DNA of 64,000 bases from an uncultured Actinomycetota bacterium (GCA_963809015.1 CAWEHX010000002.1:14292-78291); one strand, 5' to 3'; positions 47,698 to 58,909 are shown, counted from the first letter of the stretch. Translations and numbers: made by a program. Notes: generated by a model from the sequence alone, not told the origin.

Positions 47698-47997
47698 ATG
47701 ACCACACTTCACATCGAGAACACCCTCCACGACTTCGACTCGTGGAAGACCGCCTTCGACAAGTTCGACCGCTTCCGCGCAGACAACGGCGTCCGGTCCT
47801 ACAAGATCCACCGCCGTGCCGACGACCCGCAGCAGATCCTGATCGACCTGGAGTTCGACGACCGGGGCGCCGCGGAGGCGTTCGTCCCCCTGCTCAGAAA
47901 GGTCTGGAGCAGCCCGCAGTCGCAGGCCGAGCTCGTCGCCCATTCCGAGCCGGTGGTGCTCGAAGAGGTCGAGACCCGGGTCCTCACCGCGACCTGA
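47698..47997 (+). CDS. Small ferredoxin-like fold (ABM/cyclase-like) protein
   Basis: HDFDSWKTAFD..R...GVRSY.I.R..DDP. Confidence 0.72.
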   Translation: MTTLHIENTLHDFDSWKTAFDKFDRFRADNGVRSYKIHRRADDPQQILIDLEFDDRGAAEAFVPLLRKVWSSPQSQAELVAHSEPVVLEEVETRVLTAT

Positions 47998-48078
47998 TCG
48001 CGGCCCTGACCGGACTCCTGGTCTGGTCAGGGTGGTTCCGGATGGGCTCTCGGGGCACGCGTCTGGTGAGATTGCCCC

Positions 48079-49371
48079 ATGCGGTTCCTCGCCTCGGTGA
48101 AACAACGTCTGGCCATGCGGACGCTCGAGCGCACCATGAGCAACGGGCTCGACCTTCGCAAGCTGCGCTTCTTCCCCGAGTCCTGGAAGGTCCCGTTCAA
48201 GCGCAACGGGCTCGACCCGGTGCCGGAGCTGACCCAGCTGCGCGAGACCGAGCCGGTGAGCCAGCTGGCCCATCTGTTCGGTCGAGGCATCTGGCTGGTG
48301 ACCGGCTACGACCAGGTCCGCGCCGTACTCGCCGCTGGAGACGACTTCTCCAACGACCTCGGCCAGTTCGTGCCCCAGGAGGGTCGCGACGCCAAGGACC
48401 AGGTGGGTGGCCTCGGTATGACAGACCCGCCCAACCACACGACGCTGCGCCGTTACCTCACCCCGGAGTTCACCAAGAAGCGGCTGGCCCGGCTGGAGCC
48501 GCTGATCGAGGGCATCGTCGCCGAACGCCTCGACGCCATGGAGGCCGCAGGACCCGACGTGGACCTGGTGCGGGACTTCGCGTTCCCGGTGCCGTTCGAG
48601 GTGATCTGCGAGCTGCTCGGCCTTCCGGTCGACGACCGAGCGAAGTTCCACAGCCTGGGTGTCGCCCGCTTCGACCTCAGCACCGGCTCGTCCGGGTCAT
48701 TCGACGCCGCCGGCCACTCCCGTGACTTCCTGATCAGCTCGGTGGCCAAGCAGCGTGCGGCACCCGGCCCGGGGCTGATCGGCGCGCTGCTCACCGACCA
48801 CGGCGAGGAGCTCGACGACGTCACCCTGGGCGGGCTCGCCGACGGCGTCTTCCTCGGCGGCTACGAGACCTCCGCGAGCATGCTCTCCCTGGGCGCCTAC
48901 CTGCTCGCCGACAACCCCGAGGCGATGGCGCTCTGTCGCGAGGACGACGAGACCGTCGACCGGGTGATCGAGGAGCTGCTCCGCTACCTGACCGTGGTCC
49001 AGCTGGCCTTCGTGCGGTTCGCGCGACGCGACCTCGAGCTCGGTGGCCAGCAGATCCACGCAGGCGACGTGGTCGGCGTCTCGCTGCTGACCGCCAACCG
49101 CGACCCGGCGCTGGGTGCCGACCTGGAGACCTTCGACCCGCACCGAGAGCCGACCCGGCACCTCGCGTTCGGGCACGGGCTGCACCGCTGCGTCGGGTCC
49201 GAGCTGGCCCGGATGGAGCTGCGGATCGCGCTCCGTGCGCTGGCGCACCGGTTCCCCGACCTGCACGTCACGGCCGACGTCTCCGACCTCGACTTCCGCA
49301 AGCTCTCGGCGGTCTACGGCGTCGAGGAGCTGCCGGTCAGCCTCTACGCCCCCACCGCCCAGACGGCCTGA
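48079..49371 (+). CDS. Cytochrome P450
   Basis: DPPNH..LR, GGYETS, EELLR, FGHGLHRCVG. Confidence 0.93.
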   Translation: MRFLASVKQRLAMRTLERTMSNGLDLRKLRFFPESWKVPFKRNGLDPVPELTQLRETEPVSQLAHLFGRGIWLVTGYDQVRAVLAAGDDFSNDLGQFVPQEGRDAKDQVGGLGMTDPPNHTTLRRYLTPEFTKKRLARLEPLIEGIVAERLDAMEAAGPDVDLVRDFAFPVPFEVICELLGLPVDDRAKFHSLGVARFDLSTGSSGSFDAAGHSRDFLISSVAKQRAAPGPGLIGALLTDHGEELDDVTLGGLADGVFLGGYETSASMLSLGAYLLADNPEAMALCREDDETVDRVIEELLRYLTVVQLAFVRFARRDLELGGQQIHAGDVVGVSLLTANRDPALGADLETFDPHREPTRHLAFGHGLHRCVGSELARMELRIALRALAHRFPDLHVTADVSDLDFRKLSAVYGVEELPVSLYAPTAQTA

Positions 49372-49790
49372 TGGACAAGTACCGCCTCGTCAACGGCTTC
49401 CAGAAGCGGATCGGCAACCCGGTCGTCCGCACCGCTCTCGAGCGAGGCATCCGGATCCCGGGCTACTCGGTGCTCGAGACGATCGGCCGCAAGAGCGGGG
49501 TCCCGCGCCGCGTGCCCGTCGGAGACGGCCTCGACGAGGACACCTTCTGGATCGTCTCCGAGCACGGCCGGCGGGCGGCGTACGTCCGCAACATCGAGGC
49601 CAACCCGCGGGTCCGGGTGAAGGTCCGCGGGAAGTGGCGCGCGGGCACCGCGGTGCCGATGCCCGACGACGACCCGCGCGAACGTCAGCGGATCATGGGC
49701 GAACGGCGACGTAGCACCAAGCTGAACTCTGCCGCGGTGCGCGGAATGGGCACCGACCTGCTCACCGTCAGGATCGACCTCGACCACTGA
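49371..49790 (+). CDS. F420/deazaflavin-dependent nitroreductase (Ddn-like)
   Basis: LETIGRKSG.PR.VP, YVRNIEANP; TGATG coupling. Confidence 0.85.
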   Translation: MDKYRLVNGFQKRIGNPVVRTALERGIRIPGYSVLETIGRKSGVPRRVPVGDGLDEDTFWIVSEHGRRAAYVRNIEANPRVRVKVRGKWRAGTAVPMPDDDPRERQRIMGERRRSTKLNSAAVRGMGTDLLTVRIDLDH

Positions 49791-50175
49791 GCGCGCGCAC
49801 GGCGCCGCGACCGATGCCGGTGGCGACGTTGCCGAGGCTGAAGTGGTCGTCCCACAGCGCGATCCGGGCGTCCTCGATCCGGAACGTGCCGCAGACCCAG
49901 AAGTCCGTGGCCAAGCGGCCCCAGCCCAGGTAGTCGGTGCGCTCGGTCAGCACGAACGCGCCGTTGCCGGCCACGTGGTGCAGCTCGGCCGAGAAGCTGA
50001 TCCGGCGCTTCTCCATGTCGCGCAGGATGCCGCCGACCCGTCGGCCGCCCCGGATCGTGGGCATCCCGGTGTTGCGCCATTCCACGTCCTCGGCAAGAAG
50101 TTCGGCCGCCGTCGCCGCATCCTTCGAGTTGAGCAGCTCGAAGAAGCGGCGCACGACGGCCTCGGGCTCGGTCAT
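49768..50175 (-). CDS. Limonene-1,2-epoxide hydrolase family protein
   Basis: VLTERTD, WVCGTF, IALWDDHF. Confidence 0.82.
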   Translation of the reverse strand: MTEPEAVVRRFFELLNSKDAATAAELLAEDVEWRNTGMPTIRGGRRVGGILRDMEKRRISFSAELHHVAGNGAFVLTERTDYLGWGRLATDFWVCGTFRIEDARIALWDDHFSLGNVATGIGRGAVRALSGRGRS

Positions 50176-50199
50176 GCCCAGAACCCTAGAGATGAACTC

Positions 50200-51033
50200 C
50201 TACTTCTTGGCGGACAGCCGGTATTGGCGGACCGACAACGGCGCGAACACCGCGACGATCGCCGCCGACCAGATCAACGTGTAGACGACCGGGTTCTGCA
50301 TCGCCCAGGAGTCCGGTGCGGCGATGCCGCCCGTGTTGCCGAACAGCTCGCGGCAGGCCTGGGTGAGCGTGGACACCGGGTTCCACTCGACGAACGTCTT
50401 CAGCACGCCGTCGAACGACGTCTGCGGCACGAACGCGTTGGAGACGAACGTCAGCGGCATGATCACGATGAACGAGGCGTTGTTGACGACCTCGACGCTC
50501 GGCACCAGCAGCCCGACGTAGGCCATGATCCAGCTGATCGCGTAGGCGAAGACCAGCAGCAGCAGGAAGCCGAGGACGGCGTCGACGAGCCCCTCGCGGA
50601 TCCGCCAGCCGACCAGCAGGCCGGTGAGGCCCATGATGGCCAGCGAGATGATGTTGTAGGCGACGTCGGACGTCGTCCGCCCGACGAGCACGGCTGACTG
50701 GGACATCGGCAGCGACCGGAACCGGTCGATGATGCCCTTCTGCATGTCGTCGGCCAGGCCGTAGCCGGTGAAGGTGGCACCGAAGACCACGGTCTGGGCG
50801 AAGATGCCCGGGACCAGGAACTCCTTGTAGTCGACGTTGGGTACGTCGATCGCGCCGCCGAAGACGTAGGCGAACAGCAGCACGAACATGATCGGCGAGA
50901 TCAGGACGAACACCAGGATGTCGGGCACCCGCTTGATCTTGATCAGGTTGCGCTTGGCCATCACCCAGCCATCGCTGGCCGCTCCGGCGATGCCGCTGCT
51001 GCGGGTCACGGACTCACGGACGTCGGTGCTCAT
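50200..51033 (-). CDS. ABC-2 permease (DrrB-like)
   Basis: GIIDRFRSLPM, FVSNAFVP, WNPVS. Confidence 0.92.
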   Translation of the reverse strand: MSTDVRESVTRSSGIAGAASDGWVMAKRNLIKIKRVPDILVFVLISPIMFVLLFAYVFGGAIDVPNVDYKEFLVPGIFAQTVVFGATFTGYGLADDMQKGIIDRFRSLPMSQSAVLVGRTTSDVAYNIISLAIMGLTGLLVGWRIREGLVDAVLGFLLLLVFAYAISWIMAYVGLLVPSVEVVNNASFIVIMPLTFVSNAFVPQTSFDGVLKTFVEWNPVSTLTQACRELFGNTGGIAAPDSWAMQNPVVYTLIWSAAIVAVFAPLSVRQYRLSAKK

Positions 51034-52022
51034 GCCGGGACCTCCTGGGCCTTCTCGGTCTCTTCGGTCGCGTCCTCGACCTCGGCCGCGTGGCCGGTGA
51101 GGGCCATGAACACGTCGTCGAGGGTCGGGCGACGCAGGCCGACGTCGACGACCTCGATCTGGGCGTCGGCGAAGCCCTGGAGCACCTGGAGCAGCGCCTG
51201 TTGGCCGCCGTCGACCGAGGCGGCGAAGGACTTGCCGGTGTCGCCGGTCTCCTGGGTCTCGCCGCGGGCGACGCCGCTGAGGACGCGCACTGCCGCGTCG
51301 CGCTGCGACGCGTCGGCCAGGACGACCTCGATCTTCTCGCCGCCGGTCTGCGACTTCAGCTCGTCGGCGGTGCCCCGGGCGATGGCGGTGCCGTGGTCGA
51401 TGACGACGATGTCGTCGGCCAGCCGGTCGGCCTCCTCGAGGTACTGCGTGGTGAGCAGCAGCGTGGCGCCGGAGGAGACCAGGTCACGGATGACATCCCA
51501 CATCTGCTGCCGCGCGCGCACGTCGAGCCCCGTGGTGGGCTCGTCGAGGATCAGCACCGGCGGCGCAGCGACCAGAGCGCCGGCCAGGTCGAGCCGGCGG
51601 CGCATGCCGCCGGAGTAGGTCTTCGAGGGACGGTCGGCGGCGTCGGTGAGGTCGAACCGCTCGAGCAGCTCGCGCGCCCGGTCGTTGGCCCGGGCCTTGC
51701 CCAGGCCGTAGAGCCGGCCGACCATCTCGAGGTTCTCGTAGCCGGTCAGGTGCTCGTCGACCGCGGCGTACTGCCCCGACAGGCCGATCCGCGCGCGGAC
51801 CCCGGCGGGGTCATTGAGCACGTCGACCCCGGCGACCTCGGCACTGCCGCCGTCAGGCTGGATCAGCGTCGCCAGGATGCGGACGGCGGTCGTCTTGCCG
51901 GCTCCGTTGGGGCCGAGCAGCGCCAGCACCTTGCCCTCGGGGACCGACAGGTCGAGACCCTTGAGCGCCTCGACCTCCTTGTATCGCTTGACCAGGCCCG
52001 TGGCCCGGATCATCTCGCTCAT
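51030..52022 (-). CDS. ABC ATP-binding protein (DrrA-like)
   Basis: GPNGAGKT, YSGGMRRR, RRPTLDDVF. Confidence 0.93.
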   Translation of the reverse strand: MSEMIRATGLVKRYKEVEALKGLDLSVPEGKVLALLGPNGAGKTTAVRILATLIQPDGGSAEVAGVDVLNDPAGVRARIGLSGQYAAVDEHLTGYENLEMVGRLYGLGKARANDRARELLERFDLTDAADRPSKTYSGGMRRRLDLAGALVAAPPVLILDEPTTGLDVRARQQMWDVIRDLVSSGATLLLTTQYLEEADRLADDIVVIDHGTAIARGTADELKSQTGGEKIEVVLADASQRDAAVRVLSGVARGETQETGDTGKSFAASVDGGQQALLQVLQGFADAQIEVVDVGLRRPTLDDVFMALTGHAAEVEDATEETEKAQEVPA

Positions 52023-52116
52023 CGCTCTCCTCTTCGTGTCCCGAATACCCAGCACCGTACGGACCGCCGCCGACAGCCTTAATCATCGGCACGACCAGCG
52101 CTAGTAGGTTTCGGCT

Positions 52117-53103
52117 GTGGCACGTGACCGGGTGAAGGCAGCGATCGAGGCGTACGCCGCGGGCGAGCCCGAGCTGGTCGTCGCGGGGGAGCGGTTCGTC
52201 GCGCTGGTGACGAGCATCCTCGACGAGGCGGGCATCAACTACCTGAGCGTCACCGGTCGCACGAAGGGCATCGCCTCGTTCGCGGCGAAGGCCGGCCGGG
52301 TGGTCGACGGCAGGCGGGCGTTCCCGGATCCGCTCATCGACATCACCGACCAGATCGGCGTCCGGGTCATCACCTACGTGCACAGCGACGTCTCCGCGGT
52401 CGCCGAGCTGCTCGACGACCAGGTCGTCGTCAAGGACGACCGCGACCTCGGCCAGGAGACCGCGAGCGAGGGCCGCTTCGGGTACGCGAGCCGGCACCTG
52501 CTGATCGCGCTCGACGCGGCGCGCGAGAGCGACCCGGCGTACGCCGACCTCCGCGGGCGGATCGCGCAGGTGCAGATCCGCACCGTGCTGCAGCACGCGT
52601 GGGCGGAGTTCGAGCACGACATCCGCTACAAGGGCACGGTCCCCGAGGAGCACGCGCGCGACCTGGACCGCCGCTTCACGCTGGCCGCCGGGCTGCTCGA
52701 GCTGGCCGACCAGGAGTTCCTGACGATCCGGGAGCGGTTGCGCACCGGCACCCTCGACCGCACCGACGCCGCACCCGACGACCCGCGCATCGACCCGCGA
52801 GAGCTCGCCGCGTTCCTCGCCGGGCAGTACGAGGACGCCGGCTGGTCGCGCACCGACCACTACGCCTGGATCTCCGGGCTGCTGCTCGAGCTCGGCATCG
52901 ACTCGCTCGACGAGCTCGCCGAGGTGGTCCGCGGCAGCGGCGGTGAGGACCTCAACTCCCGCATGGGCTACCGCTACCCGCCCGGCGCCGTACGCCGCCT
53001 CGACGACGCCCTGCTCGCGACGTACGGCGAGCGGTACGTCGCGCTGCACGGCAACTCCCACCGCGTGGACGCGCTTCGAGCCCGGCTGGAGAAGCTCACG
53101 TGA
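52117..53103 (+). CDS. RelA/SpoT synthetase-domain protein (small alarmone synthetase homologue)
   Basis: RTK..SFAAK, DQIGVRVI, GYASRH, QVQIRTVLQHAWAEFEH. Confidence 0.88.
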   Translation: MARDRVKAAIEAYAAGEPELVVAGERFVALVTSILDEAGINYLSVTGRTKGIASFAAKAGRVVDGRRAFPDPLIDITDQIGVRVITYVHSDVSAVAELLDDQVVVKDDRDLGQETASEGRFGYASRHLLIALDAARESDPAYADLRGRIAQVQIRTVLQHAWAEFEHDIRYKGTVPEEHARDLDRRFTLAAGLLELADQEFLTIRERLRTGTLDRTDAAPDDPRIDPRELAAFLAGQYEDAGWSRTDHYAWISGLLLELGIDSLDELAEVVRGSGGEDLNSRMGYRYPPGAVRRLDDALLATYGERYVALHGNSHRVDALRARLEKLT

Positions 53104-53965
53104 GTGCCGTCGTGATCGGCGGGGCGAACATGGACGTCAAGGCCCGCAGCGCCCGGCCGGTGGTGACGGGCACCAGCAACCCCGGTCACGTGGTCCGGTC
53201 GCCGGGCGGCGTGGGTCGCAACGTCGCCGAGAACCTCGCCCGGCTCGGCACTCCGACGGTCCTGGTTGCGGCCGTCGGCTCGGACGCATTGGGCGACGAG
53301 CTGCTCGCGGCCACCTCGGCGGCGGGCGTCGACGTGCGGCTGGTCCGCAGGGTCCCCGGCTCGACCGGCACCTACGTCGCGGTGCTCGACGACGCCGGCG
53401 AGCTCTCGGTCGCGGTCTCGGACATGGTGGCCACCGAGTCGCTCACCGCGGACGACGTGCGCGCCGCTGGCGCGGTGATCGCCCGGTCCGGGCTGCTGGT
53501 GCTCGACGGCAACCTCCCGCGCGACGCCCTCATCGCCGGTTGGGACCTGGCCGCCGCGGCCGGAGTACCGGTCGTGATCGACCCGGTCAGCGTCCCGAAG
53601 GCGGCCGCGCTGGCCGACCTGCTCGACGGGTCCCGGCCGCTGTTCGCGATCACCCCCAACCTCGACGAGCTCGAGGTGCTGGGCGACTGCGTGGACCTGG
53701 TGGCGCGCGGCATTCAGCTGGTGTGGGTGCGTTGCGGCGCCGAGGGGTCGCGCCTGGTGAACAACGAGGGCTCCACGCGACTCCCTTCGGTGGCGGCCGA
53801 GGTCGTCGACGTCACGGGTGCCGGCGACGCGATGCTGGCGGCGTTCTGCCACGGCGTCCTCTCCGGCAAGGACGTGGTCGACGCCGCGCGGCTCGGGCAC
53901 GAAGCGGCAGCGCTCACGGTGGCCTCCCCGGCCACGGTCCGGCCCGATCTCGGCGCGGCGCTCCG

Positions 53966-53969
<4 letters not shown>
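53100..53969 (+). CDS. psuK: Pseudouridine kinase (PfkB family)
   Basis: GGANMD..SNPG..GGVGRNVAENLARLG, DVTGAGD; adjacent to psuG. Confidence 0.8.
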
Positions 53970-54871
<902 letters not shown>

Positions 54872-54874
<3 letters not shown>

Positions 54875-54900
54875 ACAGATTCACCTATCTGTCTCACACT
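54872..54900 (+). promoter_or_regulatory. Promoter and TetR operator of the cyp130-like operon
   Basis: TAGACA-N17-CACACT; palindrome AGACAGAT-N6-ATCTGTCT. Confidence 0.7.
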
Positions 54901-54906
54901 CGTGAC

Positions 54907-56121
54907 ATGGCGACCCAGACGTCCGAGCGGCCGCGCTACGTCCCCGGGGGCGGCGAGGCGTGGCGTGACCCGTGGACCGGGTACGCCGCGCTCCGCGACC
55001 ACGACCCGGTCCACCACGTCGTCCCGGAGTCGGCGCCCGAGCTCGACTACTACGTCCTGAGCCGGCACGCCGACGTGATGGCCGCGGCCGTGGACGCCGG
55101 CACCTTCAGCAGCGCCGAGGGCCTGACCGTGCACTACGACGAGCTCGAGCGGATCGGCCTCGCGGACAACCCGCCGATGGTGATGCAGGACCCGCCCGAC
55201 CACACGACGTTCCGGCGACTCGTCTCCCGCGGCTTCACGCCGCGGGCGGTGGTCAGCGTCGAGCCCGCCGTCCGGGCGTTCGTGCGCGAGCGGCTCGACG
55301 GCATCGTCGCCCGCGGCGAGGGCGACATCGTGGCCGAGGTGTTCAAGCCGCTGCCGAGCATGGTGGTCGCGCACTACCTCGGCGTACCGGAGGAGGACCG
55401 CGGCCGCTTCGACGGGTGGACCGACGCGATCGTGGCGGCGGGCGCGGTCGGCGACGTGACCGGAGCGCCGGATGCGATCGCCGAGATGCTCGGCTACTTC
55501 TCCGAGCTGGTCGAGCGGCGCCGGCGGGAGCCCGGCGACGACACGGTCTCGCACCTGGTCGCGGCCGGTGTCGGGGACGACGACCGCGGCCTGCTCTCGA
55601 TCCTGGCCTACGTGTTCACGATGGTCACTGGCGGCAACGACACGACCACCGGAATGCTCGGCGGCGCCGTCCAGCTGCTCACCGAGCGCGCCGACCAGCG
55701 CCGCGCGCTCGTCGACGACCGCGAGCTGATCGGCCCCTCTGTCGAGGAGCTGCTGCGGCTCACGTCGCCCGTCCAGGGACTGGCCCGCACCACCACCAGC
55801 GACGTCACCCTGCACGACGTGACCATCCCCGCCGGCCGCAAGGTGCTCCTTCTCTACGGCGCCGCGAACCGCGACCCGCGCCGGTACGGGCCGGACGCCG
55901 ACGACCTCGACGTACGCCGCAACCCGGGGCAGATCCTGACGTTCAGCCAGGGCAACCACTTCTGTCTCGGCGCCAACGCGGCGCGGATGCAGGCCCGGGT
56001 GGCGCTGGAGGAGCTGCTCGACCGCTGCCCGGAGTTCACCGTCGACGTCGACGCGATCGAATGGGCGCCCGGTGCCTACGTACGACGACCGACCACCGTG
56101 CCGTTCCGGGTGGGGTCATGA
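54907..56121 (+). CDS. Cytochrome P450, CYP130-like
   Basis: ALRDHDPVHHVVP..DYYVLSRHADV, PPMVMQDPP, TGGNDT, FSQGNHFCLG. Confidence 0.9.
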   Translation: MATQTSERPRYVPGGGEAWRDPWTGYAALRDHDPVHHVVPESAPELDYYVLSRHADVMAAAVDAGTFSSAEGLTVHYDELERIGLADNPPMVMQDPPDHTTFRRLVSRGFTPRAVVSVEPAVRAFVRERLDGIVARGEGDIVAEVFKPLPSMVVAHYLGVPEEDRGRFDGWTDAIVAAGAVGDVTGAPDAIAEMLGYFSELVERRRREPGDDTVSHLVAAGVGDDDRGLLSILAYVFTMVTGGNDTTTGMLGGAVQLLTERADQRRALVDDRELIGPSVEELLRLTSPVQGLARTTTSDVTLHDVTIPAGRKVLLLYGAANRDPRRYGPDADDLDVRRNPGQILTFSQGNHFCLGANAARMQARVALEELLDRCPEFTVDVDAIEWAPGAYVRRPTTVPFRVGS

Positions 56122-56651
56122 CCTGGCTCGCCGACGAGCGCAGCCAGCTGGCCGCCGAGCGGATTCTCGACGCCGCGGCAGAGCTGTTCGTCGAGCACGG
56201 CGTCGGCACGGTCGGCATGGGCGAGATCGCGCGCGCGGCCGGCTGCTCGCGGGCCACGCTCTACCGCTACTTCGCCGACCGCGAGGAGCTGCACACCGCG
56301 TTCGTGCACCGCGAGGCGCGCCGAGTCGGCCGCGAGGTGGCAGCCGCACTTGACGGTGTCGAAGCGGCCGGGCTGGTGACCGAGGCCGTGCTCGACGCCG
56401 TACGCCGTGTGCGCGAGACCCCGACCCTGGCCGCCTGGTTCGCCGACGGCGACGCCGCCCGGACCGCAGCGCTCGCACAGTCCTCGGAGGTGATCGAAGC
56501 GCTCGGCCTGAGCGTCGTCGACGACCCCGAGGACGCCCGCTGGCTGGTGCGGGTGATCCTGTCCCTGCTCACGGTGCCCGGTCGCGACGAGGCGGACGAG
56601 CGCGCGATGGTCGAGCGGTACGTGGCTCCGCGCGTAACGTCGGAGGCATGA
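56118..56651 (+). CDS. TetR regulator (Rv1255c-like)
   Basis: AGCSRATLYRYF..REEL..A.VHRE. Confidence 0.88.
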   Translation: MTWLADERSQLAAERILDAAAELFVEHGVGTVGMGEIARAAGCSRATLYRYFADREELHTAFVHREARRVGREVAAALDGVEAAGLVTEAVLDAVRRVRETPTLAAWFADGDAARTAALAQSSEVIEALGLSVVDDPEDARWLVRVILSLLTVPGRDEADERAMVERYVAPRVTSEA

Positions 56652-57151
56652 CCCCCGCCGACCTGCTGACCGAGGCCCTCGAGCGGGTGCGCGAGAGCGT
56701 GCACGCCGTACTGGACGGGCTCGGCCCCGACGACCTCGTGCATCGACCGACGCCGGACGCCAACCCGATCGGCTGGCTGGTCTGGCACCTGACCCGGGTG
56801 CAGGACGACCATGTCGCCGAGGTCGCCGGCACCGAACAGGTCTGGGTCGCCGGCCGGTTCGCCGACCGGTTCAACCTGCCCTACGCCACCGAGGAGCACG
56901 GCTGGGGCCACTCCAGCGAGCAGGTCGGTCAGTTCCGGGCCGACGCCGACCTGCTGGCGGAGTACTACGACGCCACCCACCGCCGGACCCTGGACTACCT
57001 CGCCGGGCTCGGTCCCGACGACCTCGACCGCGTGGTCGACGAGCGCTGGGACCCGCCGGTCACCCTCGGCGTGCGGTTGATCAGCGTGGTCAACGACGAC
57101 ACCCAGCACGTCGGCCAGGCGGCGTACGTCAAGGGGTTGCTGGGGGCCTAG
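56648..57151 (+). CDS. DinB-family/mycothiol transferase
   Basis: NPIGWLVWHLTRVQDDH, WDPPVTLGVRL, QHVGQ. Confidence 0.85.
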   Translation: MTPADLLTEALERVRESVHAVLDGLGPDDLVHRPTPDANPIGWLVWHLTRVQDDHVAEVAGTEQVWVAGRFADRFNLPYATEEHGWGHSSEQVGQFRADADLLAEYYDATHRRTLDYLAGLGPDDLDRVVDERWDPPVTLGVRLISVVNDDTQHVGQAAYVKGLLGA

Positions 57152-58409
57152 TCACCCGGTAGCGCACGAACGACGGTACGGCGAGCGACGCGACCACGGT
57201 CCCGATCACGACGAGCACCCCACCGCCGGCGGCCGCGGCCGCCGTTCCCACGACTGCCGCCGACGCACCGTGCGCGACGTCGGCGATCCGGGGGCCGCCC
57301 GCGACGACGACCAGGAAGATCCCCTGCAGCCGGCCGCGGACGGCGTCGTCGCTCGCCGACTGGAGCATGCTCATCCGGAACGCCGCCGAGGTCATGTCCG
57401 CGGCGCCGCCGACCATCAGCGTCAGCGCGGCCACGATCAGCATGGCGTCGGGCCAGCTGTCGGCGAGGGCGGTCGCCAGACCGAAGCCGGCCATCGCGGC
57501 ACCCCACACCAGGATCGAGACCACGACCGCGAATCCCTGTCGGCTGATCCGCGACACCCAGCCCGAGAGCACACCGCCGATGACGGCTCCGGCCGGGATC
57601 GCCGCGAACAGCAGCGCGAACGCCAGCCCACCCTCGCTCGGGCCGTGGAAGCTCTCGTGCGCGATCTGCGGGAACAGCGCCCGCGGCATCCCGAACACCA
57701 TCGCGATGATGTCGACGAGGAACGACATCAGCAGCACCGGCTGGGTGCGCAGGTACGTGAACCCCTCCACGACCGAGCGCAGGCCGGGCGCCCGGCCGGG
57801 TGCGCCCTCCACCGGCAGCCGCGGCAGCCGCACCACGGCGGACAGCGTCGCGAACAGCGTGAACGTGTCGATGAGGTAGAGCCACTCGAACCCGAGCACC
57901 GGGATAAGCGCGCCGGCCACCAGTGGCCCGGCGATCGCCCCGGCCATCATCACGGTCATGTTCAGCGAGTTCGCGGCCGGCAGCAGCTCCTCGCCGACCA
58001 GCTTCGGGATCACCGCCGACCGGGTCGGCTGGTTGACCGCGAACAGCGCCTGCTGCACCGAGAACAGGCCGAGCAGCAGCCAGACGTTGTCACCACCGGC
58101 GGCGGCCTGAAGCCAGAAGAGCGCGCTGGTGCCGATCAGCCCCACCGTCGTGACGATCAGCACCGTCCGCCGGTCGAAGACGTCGGCGAGCGCGCCGCCC
58201 CACAGCCCGAACACCACCAGCGGGACGAGCCCGAAGACACCGGTCAGGCCGACGTACGCCGACGAGCCGGTCTCGGCGTAGATCTGCGCGGGCACCGCGA
58301 CCACCGTGAGCTGGGCGCCGATGACGGTGATGATGTTGGCCGACCAGAGCCGCCGGAAGTGCGCGTTGCGCAGCGGTCGGGTGTCGGCCACCAACCCCCG
58401 TATCTGCAC
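57129..58409 (-). CDS. MFS transporter (EntS-like)
   Basis: GGALADVFDRR, AMVFGMPRALFP, RGRLQG. Confidence 0.9.
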   Translation of the reverse strand: MQIRGLVADTRPLRNAHFRRLWSANIITVIGAQLTVVAVPAQIYAETGSSAYVGLTGVFGLVPLVVFGLWGGALADVFDRRTVLIVTTVGLIGTSALFWLQAAAGGDNVWLLLGLFSVQQALFAVNQPTRSAVIPKLVGEELLPAANSLNMTVMMAGAIAGPLVAGALIPVLGFEWLYLIDTFTLFATLSAVVRLPRLPVEGAPGRAPGLRSVVEGFTYLRTQPVLLMSFLVDIIAMVFGMPRALFPQIAHESFHGPSEGGLAFALLFAAIPAGAVIGGVLSGWVSRISRQGFAVVVSILVWGAAMAGFGLATALADSWPDAMLIVAALTLMVGGAADMTSAAFRMSMLQSASDDAVRGRLQGIFLVVVAGGPRIADVAHGASAAVVGTAAAAAGGGVLVVIGTVVASLAVPSFVRYRVTRPPATP

Positions 58410-58438
58410 CGGGCAACGGTAGTGGTGGACCGGCTAGG

Positions 58439-58795
58439 TCACTCGATCCCGGCGGCCTTGTCGAGCTCCTGCAGCAGGTCGTGCGCGGCCAGCTCGACCG
58501 CCTTGTGCCGCCACTCGGACGCGCGGTAGACGCAGGCGATCAGGGCGGTGCGGTGCACGCGCCGCAGGTCGCCGCAGACGAACGCGTACCGCGCCTTCGT
58601 CTCGTCATTGGCGCCCTCGGTGAGGCCGAGGTGCCACGCGGCGTACTCCTCCCAGCTGTGTCGCTCGAGGTAGTCGTTCTCCGCGTCGGCGTTGGGCTGC
58701 ACCTCACCCCAGTCACTGTCGAGCACGTACTGCCGCGCCTCGATCAGCTTGCGCGCGTGCCGGACCCCGGCGTCGTTGACCTCGTAGCTGGCCAT
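58439..58795 (-). CDS. Hypothetical protein
   Basis: 118-aa ORF with coding-like codon usage (Y..WHLG..ETKARY.F..GD.RRVHR). Confidence 0.72.
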   Translation of the reverse strand: MASYEVNDAGVRHARKLIEARQYVLDSDWGEVQPNADAENDYLERHSWEEYAAWHLGLTEGANDETKARYAFVCGDLRRVHRTALIACVYRASEWRHKAVELAAHDLLQELDKAAGIE

Positions 58796-58831
58796 ATCTC
58801 GAGAGTAAGCCAAGGAGAATTCTGCCAAGGT

Positions 58832-58861
58832 TGTCGTATCTCGGGCTGCCGGTTCGTGGAG
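58832..58861 (+). promoter_or_regulatory. ECF42 autoregulatory promoter
   Basis: TGTCGTATC-N11-GTTCGTGGAG upstream of yciI-ecf. Confidence 0.7.
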
Positions 58862-58909
58862 AGGGTGAAGGGCAGCCAAGAGGCCGCCCAACGACCTGAG
58901 GAGAACGTC

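Noticed and set aside
52117-53103. SAS as a toxSAS toxin-antitoxin or anti-phage system
   Set aside because: No antitoxin or hydrolase neighbour, host-like GC content, metabolic context
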